Shown in pieces: positions 9,514-20,520 of a stretch of DNA of 45,190 nt; within the stretch, counting starts at the first letter, position 1, and each line of letters begins with the position of its first letter. A program made the translations under genes and the position numbers. This DNA comes from Octopus bimaculoides. Lineage: Eukaryota. The stretch is taken from the NCBI RefSeq assembly GCF_001194135.2, contig NC_068989.1, positions 48,815,389 to 48,860,578 of the forward strand, in the 5' to 3' direction. Below the pieces are notes generated by a model, which was given only the letters and a program-made list of their open reading frames with translations, made no database searches and was not told the origin of the DNA.

Positions 9514-10781
9514 TAGATTAAACTGCTCGCAAATCACTTATACTATAGATACCTAATAATGGTATCTAGCTTATACACAAGTCTAGTTGTTGAAGGGGAC
9601 AAATATATATTGCACTGCTTATACTAGCTGAGAATATCTGGATTTGAACTGTTGATGTCAGTCAGCTGCCCATTTATTGAGAGCTACATAATATTGTAAC
9701 TATCACCCAAAAAAAAAAAAAAAATCTGGTCAAATGGATTCAGGTTTTGGACAGTGAGATATTGTCAGTTTTAGCTAAGCTTATTACTTTTAACCCTTTT
9801 GACATTTATTCGGACCAGCAACCCTATTGATCCCACCATTTACCATTCTTTATACATGATCTGAAGCAAATGCAATGTTTCAAAGAATCGGCTCTTATCA
9901 ACTCTACTAGCTGGGAACTGACCTGGAATCAGTATTAAAAAAATATTTCTAAGCTTCTTTTCATTTTGATATGTGTGTGTGAATACATACATACATACAT
10001 ATATATATATACACGCACATAAAATGCATGTTTTTTTAAACTTTTTCTTTTTTTGGTGGTAATGTTATTTGGTTCTTTGATGTTGGTGTGTTTTCTTTGA
10101 TACTAGATATCCCTAGTCTTGTGAAACTTTGCTTCAGCACAAAGAGACAAAGGAACAAGAGTAATTAACAACTTTCGGTGAGCAAGCTCTGTGACCAGAA
10201 CAAAGCAGTTATGATAAAGAAGTAAGTGGCTATAAAAATGGTTTGACTGGAAACGCAAAGCTGTTAAGCATCGGTTTAGGAAGAGGATTTAAAATTCTGT
10301 CACTCTTGAGATATTTCAAAGTGAGAAACATGTTACATTCTAAAAGGAATGAGAGATTGGTTTGCTTCACTACTCAGTCTGCTGTGGATAATGTGACACA
10401 GAGATAGAACTGTATCAAGAAGAAACAAGACCCAAAATATTTTGTTGCATGTCGGTCTTAAACTGATAGGAAGTTTGTTAAACTTCTCATAGTAGTAGAT
10501 TTCATTTTATTCCTCCTTGCCATGTAAATAATATGATTGAAAGCATAAAAATAGAACATGGAAAAATAAAGATACATAGAATGGCCTGTCATATTTTATG
10601 AAGGATTCACTTGAAATATTTCACTACGTATATAGCTCCCAGAAAATCATACTGGTAAAAAAAAAAAACATCAAATGTCAACACTTCTGAAACAGTGTTT
10701 AGCCATTAATGTGTGATTAACTCTACTGACTTCAGTAGAGTGGGAAATAGAAGTAGTGACAATTCTAACATAGAGGCAATA

Positions 10782-10816
<35 letters not shown>

Positions 10817-11017
10817 CTAATGCTAGGTCATAATGTATTATGAGAGTTGATTGTGTCTGTAGGTCACAAATTCCCTTAATACATTATGATCTCCTACAAC
10901 CATCACAATCCATATAACAACCTCAGCTCCATAAACTGATGTATGGTCATAAAATGTAAAGATAAAAACCAGACTGGCTGATTGAAAGAGTTGGCACTTC
11001 TTGCTCAGAATGACTTT

Positions 11018-11054
<37 letters not shown>

Positions 11055-12066
11055 GTTCTGCATTTATAGAAAACAACCAAAAAATTGCTTTTTTTACTTT
11101 ACAGACCCCTACATGTAGTTACATATAAAAGAAGGGGAGGATTAACTTACATTATTATTAGAAAAAAGAGTGAAAAAAAAATCTTCTGTAGCATAAGCAT
11201 AATAATAATAATAAAGATAATAAAAATAGGGAAGGCAACAGTAATAAATAAGAAGAGGATAAATAACACAAACAACCTAAATAACAAAACAATTTATGTG
11301 TGAATACACTGGAAATAGAAGTGGACTTGCTGGTTCAGAGGAGGAATTTCATTTTTCTTTTTTTTTTTACTAGTAACAAGGCTAAATTTTGTAAGGATTA
11401 GTTATAGTAAAGAACTTTATAAGGATGTGGAACAGAAAACTGTTTACTATTTAAATGCAGCAGAATGAAAGAGTCTCATAAAAGAAATGAAATCATTGTG
11501 CCAGGTCCCCAATTGCAAAGTTATGATTTCAATTTCTAAATAAGGCAGTGCATTTTATTCTTGAATAAAACATTTATTTCACATTGTTCCAGTCTTCTTT
11601 AGCTACAAATATGAATCNNNNNNNNNNGGTTAACTCTGTGAAGGACTAATGTCCCATTCAAGGAGTAAAGTTGTAATATGTTGCTTACACACCATGGAAA
11701 CTGGGATTAGATTCAGCCAAATAAATCTGCTGGCTCATGACAGACTCATTTACTTATTATGCTGACGTTAACCAAGTGGTTCTCATAATGTTATGCTATG
11801 ATCATATCAGATTTTGATTAAGATTTTCATTTACATCTAAATATGAACACTAATGATACAAGTCATGTCAGATAAGTTGGTAGTAAAATGGGTGAGATGC
11901 TATTATAAGAGTAAGCACTTCTTTTGGTAGAGAACAAAGCTAGTTGCTGGAGTCAACAGAACTGACACCAAAATCTTGCTAGTACTTAATGTATTTCCTT
12001 TGAAACATTAATGGTATATAAAGTTAGCATCATCCAGTCTGTGTATAGATAACAACCTATATAACA

Positions 12067-12335
12067 GGCACATGGCCAAGTGGTTCAGGAGTTGGACTCA
12101 TGATTGTGAGATCATGGTTTCAATTCCCAGACTGAGTGGTGTGTTGTCTTCTTGAGCAAAGCCCTACATTTTACGTTGCTCTGTAATAATTTTATCTGAT
12201 GTATGGCACACCTGTGCACCTGTACAGGCACTGTTGATCTGATGGAGGAGTTTTTTCACTATAAGCAAAGCATCTGCGTAGTTGTTCAGCAAGAAATTGT
12301 GGAACTCTTATCTGCCGTTTAACGACAGGAAAGTC
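12067..12335 (+). mobile_element. tRNA-derived SINE family 3
   Basis: Head TGGCCAAGTGGTT..GACTCATGATTGTGAGATCATGGTTTCAATTCC; body collinear with the reverse complement of 32520-32808. Confidence 0.8.
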
Positions 12336-12366
12336 TAGTACATATGTATATGTACTAGGTACAAAC

Positions 12367-12745
12367 TTGGCAGTGTGGCTACAGAATTCACTTTGTAAAT
12401 ATGCAGTTTTCAGTTCTAGCTTTTTACGAGAACCTTTTGCAAGTATTTTCTACAATAGTTTCAAGCTGATCAAATCTTGCAAGTGAAATTAATAAACAGG
12501 AACTTCTGAAACCCCATCATGTATGTGTTGTCTATGTGTGTACAAATGTTGACATTTCACATCTCTGCCTGAGTGGTAAGATGTTTATATTCACTTCTGA
12601 AAACCAGGGAAATGAAAAATATCCCTTACTGAAAATCAATTAAGAATTATCAACAGGAAGGGCATCTGACTGTAAAATGCAACTCGAAAAGGTTTCTGTC
12701 CAACCCATGCTAGCATGGAATAAAATGGACATTAAACTAATGAAT
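12367..12745 (+). mobile_element. Degenerate CORE-type SINE remnant (12367-12560) and RTE-type 3' tail fragment (12650-12745)
   Basis: ggcagtgtggctacag..accttttgcaagtattttctacaatag; caggaagggcatctgactgtaaaa..tccaacccatgctagcatggaa. Confidence 0.55.
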
Positions 12746-12954
12746 GAACAAGTGAAAAAAAAATCGACCTATGACAATACCAGAAAAGTAAGAGATATGA
12801 GAGTTATGATTAACTCAATCACAAAAGAGTAATAACAGCAATAACTCTGTGCATAACTAGCACCAGGCCAAACACAACAATAAAACAATACTCTACACTT
12901 GTGAGCCATTCAGAAGTGAACCTGATGTTACAGGATGGAATTTGTATGAAACAT

Positions 12955-13030
12955 GGAAATAACAGCAACAACACAAATAACAACAACAATAATAATGATA
13001 ATAATATCATCATCATCATCATCATCATAA
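12955..13030. repeat. Compound AAC/AAT/CAT trinucleotide repeat
   Basis: Seen directly; explains the poly-N/poly-I and poly-M/L ORFs in the track. Confidence 0.9.
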
Positions 13031-13406
13031 TACAAACAATAATTGTAATATTAAATATTTTTACATTTGTTTTCTCTCAAGCTAGCATAAGTTAAATTGT
13101 TTTTCAATGGTTGCATGAATTGTTGCAGCAAGTGTTTTGTTTTTACAGTTGGATGCTCTGCCAAATGGCAACCATTCAACTGTGAAGTAGGAGTGATGCT
13201 ACCTATTTTCCAGTTGAATTAGCTGAGCCAAGTAAAATTAATAATATACCTGGTTGAGCAACACACACACTTAAAAAACACACAGACAGACAGAACCTGG
13301 TGCAAGAAGTGAACTGCTGAAAAGAGAGTTTATTGAAGGTAACATGGTTAGAACATTAAATACTATAGGGAAATATATAAAAGCCTATATATATGTATGT
13401 ATACGT

Positions 13407-13448
<42 letters not shown>

Positions 13449-14171
13449 NNNNNNNNNNNNNNNNNNNNNNNNNNNNNNNNNNNNNNNNNNNNNNNNNNNN
13501 NNNNNNNNNNNNNNNNNNNNNNNNNNNNNNNNNNNNNNNNNNNNNNNNNNNNNNNNNNNNNNNNNNNNNNNNNNNNNNNNNNNNNNNNNNNNNNNNNNNN
13601 NNNNNNNNNNNNNNNNNNNNNNNNNNNNNNNNNNNNNNNNNNNNNNNNNNNNNNNNNNNNNNNNNNNNNNNNNNNNNNNNNNNNNNNNNNNNNNNNNNNN
13701 NNNNNNNNNNNNNNNNNNNNNNNNNNNNNNNNNNNNNNNNNNNNNNNNNNNNNNNNNNNNNNNNNNNNNNNNNNNNNNNNNNNNNNNNNNNNNNNNNNNN
13801 NNNNNNNNNNNNNNNNNNNNNNNNNNNNNNNNNNNNNNNNNNNNNNNNNNNNNNNNNNNNNNNNNNNNNNNNNNNNNNNNNNNNNNNNNNNNNNNNNNNN
13901 NNNNNNNNNNNNNNNNNNNNNNNNNNNNNNNNNNNNNNNNNNNNNNNNNNNNNNNNNNNNNNNNNNNNNNNNNNNNNNNNNNNNNNNNNNNNNNNNNNNN
14001 NNNNNNNNNNNNNNNNNNNNNNNNNNNNNNNNNNNNNNNNNNNNNNNNNNNNNNNNNNNNNNNNNNNNNNNNNNNNNNNNNNNNNNNNNNNNNNNNNNNN
14101 NNNNNNNNNNNNNNNNNNNNNNNNNNNNNNNNNNNNNNNNNNNNNNNNNATATATATATATATATATATAG

Positions 14172-14520
14172 GAATCTTAATAGGTTGTACCACACCTTGA
14201 TCTGAATTTTGCCCATGACATTATGGCCAAAGGCCTTCTGAATCTTCTGGATGGTTTGAGCTTGAGTATCACTAAGCTTTTGGAAAAACTTGATATAATA
14301 TATCTGCTTGATGTGTTCAGTGAAAATGAAAACTTGATGAGCGCGTGCTACACATCTGTACTTTAGGTCTAACAGCTGGGAACTGACATGGTCTACTGGT
14401 ATGAACATTTTCATGCATTTTCAGGAAGAGTGGTGTCACCTTCCAACCAAAATATTTTGCCCACATGGCGTTAGTTTTTGCAGGAAAAAATAAAGATGGA
14501 TACTTTTTGAACGCATCTCA
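14172..14520 (-). mobile_element. 5' end of a second mariner element (TIR plus transposase N-terminus), truncated at (TA)n/gap
   Basis: TA|TGAGATGCGTTCAAAAAGTATCC TIR (reverse complement of 14498-14522). Translation TEHIKQIYYIKFFQKLSDTQAQTIQKIQKAFGHNVMGKIQIKVWYN resembles the mariner N-terminal HTH. Confidence 0.8.
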
Positions 14521-15203
14521 TATGTTTGCTTGCTAGATGTGTGTGAATTTGCATTCATTCAGTATTTTAATGTCTACCTGTATGTTTGTTTAATTCTTTC
14601 CTTACATATACAGATGAAAAATATACAGAGATGCATGTGACATCATATAACGGCACAAACAGACGCCCATAACTTTTTACTAGAAAATATCGTAACATTA
14701 TGATAGCCTAGCAAAGTGGATATTTAATAACTTTGTGTTTCTAACCAAACCAAATAATGGCTATTTCTTTATTGTAAGCTGCTTTCTTGTAGTCATACAG
14801 CTCTGTAGCCCATTTGTCTACTTTTCAAGTAAGTTTTCTGAAAGCTATTTAACATTGGCTTTGCACTCTTCTTTACATGTGTGTGTGTTTATGTGTGAGT
14901 GTGTGTGTGTGTGTGTGTATGTTTATGTGTGAGTGTGTGTGTATTAGATTCACAAGACATGGATTATCAATAAGTTGCTTTTTTTCCAGGACATAATTTT
15001 TGATGTCATAAACTCAGCTAAGTGCATAAATAGCCACAAACAGAAATGTATTAACACATAAACCATATTCACTGATTTCCTTCTTTGAAAAAAAACCTTC
15101 TAACCAATTGTATTACTTACATCATTTGCATCTTCAACAATAAGTAATTTGGTGAGCAGAATAGATTAGATGTATCATTCTGGTAAACTAATATAATAGG
15201 AGT

Positions 15204-15206
<3 letters not shown>

Positions 15207-15245
<39 letters not shown>
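15207..15245 (+). repeat. A39 homopolymer
   Basis: Seen directly. Confidence 0.95.
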
Positions 15246-15246
<1 letters not shown>

Positions 15247-17010
15247 AGTCTATAAATTCTTAGAATGGTATAGCAGAGGACTTGTTATTGTTTTAAAGGA
15301 AGAAAACGAACTTCATGCAGAAGTTCTTATTTACAATAGATTCATAGTAATTCTGGTATCCACCTTGGGGCTATTTTCTCACTACCATACAACTTTTCAA
15401 TAAAAACAGCTCGAGTGTAAGCCAAGATTCCATTATCAACACTTTCCTTTCATTCAATAGTAGAGAGATAATAGTAAAAATTTAGAAATAATAGTAAAAA
15501 AAATGTGCGTGCATGTGATAAAGTGTATGTGTATACACACACAGATACTATATATATATGTATGTATGTATGTATGTATAAACAAATATAATTAAAAGGA
15601 GGCAAAGTGTAAGAAATAAATGGAATTGTAAAGTTTCAATGTTTCAAAGAGCAGTAGCATATTGTGAGATGGTTCTTTAGCTAAATAGCAAGCTAGGAGA
15701 TGAAAATAGGGTAGAAAAGAAGAGAAAAAAAAAGAGAAAGAAACAAACCCATCCTCATAGAAAGTCAAGAAGACTCAATTATAACAACTTAGTAAAATCA
15801 AACCTTACATCAAAAACACTAAAAATTCTCCTTATAATAACAACAACCACACTGAAGATATTTTTGCTGGGAGGAAAGTTCATTTAGTGTATACATACAG
15901 GTAATATCTTATCTTGTAACTTTGGTATTTTAATGGAGAAAAGATATTTTAATTTGAAAGGATGCTATGTTTTCTGTCAGAGCAGTGAATCGAACAGTGT
16001 AAATAATTAAATATACACAATCATTGTCATCAACTCAACAGTGATAATAATAATGCTGACCATTGTTGTAAGGCATATTTAGTTAGATTAAAGCATATGA
16101 ATATACTCAAAAGGCATTCACCCATTATCTATAACGGTTGAAATAATTTCTCTACTTATAAAACCATACCCTTAATAAACCTTGATCAAATAATTCAATC
16201 CTTGTTCATCTGAAAATATTTTTAGCTATCATCTATCAATTTATGATACCATCATGTTTGATAACAGTTGATCAGTACTGAAGCAAACATAACAGAGAAT
16301 ATTTCAAAAGAGCATTATTTTCATATAAGATATGTGACTCCCTCAGCTCATTAACTTTCTATTTTGTGAATAGTCCCAATGTCTGAACAGGTAAGATATT
16401 TAACTCTCAGCCAGAGAATTATGAGTTTTCCATCACAGAAGCCCTATTGTGGTTTGAGCAAAGCAGTAAACCAATCATTTCCAAATTTGTGTGATAGCTT
16501 AGCAGGAAAGAAAACTATTTACTGATAGATCATTAAGGGTCTATTTAAACCATTGGCAGATGCTTCTGACTTGAACAGCTGATAGAATAATAAAATTTTC
16601 AATAATAGATTCAAAGTAATAATTATACCTGACAAAGAAAAGTCAATTCTTTCTTTATTTTTAATTTCCTCTATTCCTATTTAAACATGTAAGGTAGATA
16701 TCTATTTGGCACCTTCCTAGAGGAACATCTGTAATAGTTTGCATTAAGATAGTATAAAATCCTCCATGCCAAAGCTATTCCAAACACTATAAAAATGCAG
16801 TCTTAGAGGTTCTTGAATATACTTGCTGTTAAAAGATAGAGCTCTGTTTTCTGATATGAGATTGTCCTGAAAATACATTTGCTTTAGTAATATTATCTCA
16901 CAATTACACACATACAACAGCTTTTTTCCAGTTGTGTATAAATAATGAAGTATCAATTTAAATATTGTCCCAATCAGCACAAAGATTTTGCTGTAATATA
17001 ATTCCTTTAA

Positions 17011-17216
17011 CCCTTTAGCATTCGAATTAGTCAGTCAAATGAAATGCTTATTTATTCACATTGTTTTGAGTTAATCATGCATTATCTTGTAACTATGAGA
17101 ATTCAGTGGCGTGTTTGTTTAGTTTTAGAATAACATTGTAGGGTAGGTGTAAGAGGCCAAATCTAGCCAGTTTAAAAAACAGCTGGGATATTTGAGCCAG
17201 TTTAAACACTAAAAGG
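17011..17216 (+). mobile_element. piggyBac-like MITE with TTAA target duplication
   Basis: TTAA|CCCTTTAGCATTC ... AAACACTAAAAGG|TTAA. Internal sequence is the reverse complement of 29545-29765. Confidence 0.8.
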
Positions 17217-19849
17217 TTAACACAACACACCACCCACAACTAACATAGTTGGTAACTGAACCCCAGCAGAAATACAGAGACAAAATAATAATGAAATTTG
17301 GACCATAAAAATTCATGTTAACTTAAAATTTGAACAGGAATCTCTGGCTGAAGGAAGAAATAAAAACTAGTTACTAATCCACATCAAGTTCTAAAATTTC
17401 CACAGACAAATATCTGATTCAGATAGATCTATGATTACATGATTCCCGAGAGAAACAATAAATTCTTGTTTGCTATGATTCATCATATTTCTCTTGAAAG
17501 TTATAGTACAGTTACATGTGGAATGGTAAGAAATTGATAGTACAGAATTCATGTACTACTTCATGTACATACACGCAGACATAAATATATAAAAACACAC
17601 AGACACATAAATGCATACATGAACATATACATATGTACACACTTACATAGCAACAGTGGATGGAATTTGGTTCTAACACAATATAATCAAAATTAATTAA
17701 TGTTATACTTTACAATTAACAGGTTTACATGTATAATTAATAAAAAGTGGATGGGAAAAGAGAATAACATAATTAGGAAGAAAAAAAAAATTTCAGTGTA
17801 GCTAATAAGATTGATTAAGATGTTATGTTATCTGTCTAAATGAGTCAAAAGACATTTTACTAAGTAGTCACTTCAAAGAGGAAGAGTAATTAAGAAAAAT
17901 ACTAATGAAATTTGAATTCAATAGAAAATATAGTGAGTTTTTAGACTTTTTTGTGGAACTTTAAAGAATCTTGGAAAGTGAAGAAAGTTTAAGAAAACAT
18001 TGCATTTTTCAAAATAATGAACAAATATCACATTAATTACAGCAGCTAATTTTTATATGAATTTCTCTCAATGGCTACAGATTAGATGAGGGTTCACACA
18101 GAAGCTTTATATATCTATGCAACTCTCATCTTGTCATTTTGCTAATGAGTAGATGAATTTCCAATAACCTTTTCCTTCTCAATACCCCCTAATTTCTCCA
18201 CGAAAGTGCTTAACTTGCACCTTGTAGTGCCCCTTATCATTTACTCATATTATATGTCTTTATTTTGTCATACAGCCTGCACCTAGAATACACTGAAACT
18301 CCTTTATTATAGTCATTATACTTAGTTTATTCCTCTCCACTTGATGCAAATAAAAATTTTGATGCTCATGGTGACTGCATTGATGCAGCTTTTGGTTGAC
18401 AAAAGGTTCATTTCTTGTTTTCGTAGTTAACAACTGCTCCAACAATATGAAAATGCCTACATTAAAAAACAACAAAAAAAGCATTCCATCTATGCTAGCA
18501 AAGAATGAATGAATGTTAAACATCATAAAACAAACAAAATAACCCTAACAACAATCTTTTATGTAAAATATACAGGCAAAACTTTCTGAAAAGCATTAAA
18601 ATAGATTTTCAGTGTTCTTTTAAATGAGTTGAAACATTGATTTTTATTGTTGTATTTGTTTTTATTGAAAATAAGTAAAATTAAAAAGGATGAAATGTGT
18701 ACATTCTACTTCTTTTTTTCTTTTCATGAGCCATATCTATTTTACAAATGTCAGCTATCATGGTTCATCATGCCTAAGTCTGAGCATTCCTGTTTTCTCC
18801 AGAGAAAGTGGTTTCTCATTGCCTTCTACCAAATTATTGATGGTTTGCCCTGCTAGTTTCTTACTCTCCCAAGCTTATCCTTCAGACATGGTACCTGTTT
18901 AAATATTTATGCAAAGGTAATGGTTCATGTGACACCAGGGCATGTCTACACACTGGTAGGCCTGAGTGTCACATAACCCAAGACCAGTTTTCCTCTGTGT
19001 CATGTATGCCCCAGCATCTTCTGCTCTTTGACCCATCAGGGGCTCATTACAGGTACTCTCATCCTAAATCTCAGTGAATCTAGGAGTAGTGGTGACTAAG
19101 GGGTACTTTTATGCCCACCAGAACTCCTGGTCTGTTTACATGTTATTTTAATAACCCCACCAACACTAATTTCATAGAAAACTATCAGGATATGCGCCCC
19201 TGGCAGCTAAACTATGTTGCTCTGTGGACACAACTTTATCTCTGACAGTCCCTATATCTCCCACCTGCTTGCAAAATGAAAGTGACCTTTATACCTAACA
19301 AATAATGGACTTCAACCACCAGTCTGTTGAGAACTAAACTTCCCAATGTCCACATCATAGAGATAGATATGACTTCTGAGCTGCTGAGAAAATGTCCTGT
19401 CTACCTAAAATGTTGGGCACTAAATGAGGGAGACATTAAATCTGCAAGAAACCACCAAGTTAACCTGTATAAGAAATCAGTAACTGAATAAAGGCTGATA
19501 TGGTGTAGAGAGGATGCTTTAGTACAGATACTTTTTCTACAAAAAAATGCACTCAGTCCATACTACAAAATGCTTGATGACAAGAATGGCAGCTGATTAA
19601 TAAAACTATGCCAAAATGATGGTCATTCCCAATACAGCAGCAGATCCTAAATGCATTAACAAGACTAATTTTCACCATGATAGTGCTGTACAAGATATTG
19701 GAGTAACTAAGAGGGAACATCTAGCCATGTATGAGAACATCTCATTCGTCATCAACAATCATACAATAGATGCAGAAAACAGAGATCAAACACTCCACCC
19801 ACCTTTGGAAAGTCCCACTCATACTTTGAAGTACAAAACTTTGGGGCTA

Positions 19850-20520
19850 CCCCCATAAACACTGACGTGGAAAAAGGTTGATTAGGAGAAATTTTAGAGA
19901 TGTTGGTATAGAGGTGAATTGATGTGTACAGTGTGCAAGATGCAAAATGGAAGGGAGCCTCTGCCACAGTATTCATAGGAAAGAAACACAAGTACAAATT
20001 CTTTTGGATGGGCGGAATAAAATACTGATACTATTGGCAGAGAAAAGGAAATGAAGTAATTAAGGTATTTAGTATAAGTAAGAAATTGATTAAGCTTATA
20101 CTTAATCATCATGACTGTGACAGTTGTATTTGCATGACTGACAAATGAGCAAAGAACCATTTCTATGAGGTCTCCAGGCAGACTATTTTGGTAATGAATG
20201 ACACTGACCTCATCATGCTGAAGTAACCATCACGGCTTTGCCCATATGGTGGCTTTAGATATGGTATGAGGAATGAGGATGATGGATTAAAGATCCATAC
20301 AGTTTTGTGACACAAATGGTCCAACCATTTGCAACACAAATTTCAGGGAACAGGCCCACGGCATCACCACTTATTAATCAGATGAATTTATACTCCATGT
20401 AGGCTTCATATTCACCATGAAATAGAATAGACAACTGGCTGTAAATAGTAAGTTTTTCCTTGGTGAAGACTGTAACCACTCATAGGTAGTTATAAGTGAC
20501 TACAGATCACTGATAACTAC
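19850..20520 (+). mobile_element. Decayed RTE-clade LINE apurinic-endonuclease (APE) domain
   Basis: 19921-20016 reads DVYSVQDAKWKGASATVFIGKKHKYKFFWMGG (cf. D..CVQE.RW.G...K...YK.FW.G); 20245 YGGFRYGMRNEDDG; further remnants NTNFR..TTY and VNSK.FLGEDC..HR. Many stops and frameshifts. Confidence 0.75.

Noticed and set aside
12067-12130. tRNA genes (also 32750-32808 and the other SINE heads)
   Set aside because: A and B boxes are present but there is no acceptor-stem closure, and each continues into a shared SINE body.
15207-15245. Poly(A) tail of a processed pseudogene
   Set aside because: No upstream AATAAA, recognisable ORF or target duplication found.
18260-18526. 88-aa minus-strand ORF with an acceptor-like site near 18457
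   Set aside because: No recognisable domain, and ORFs of this length are expected by chance.
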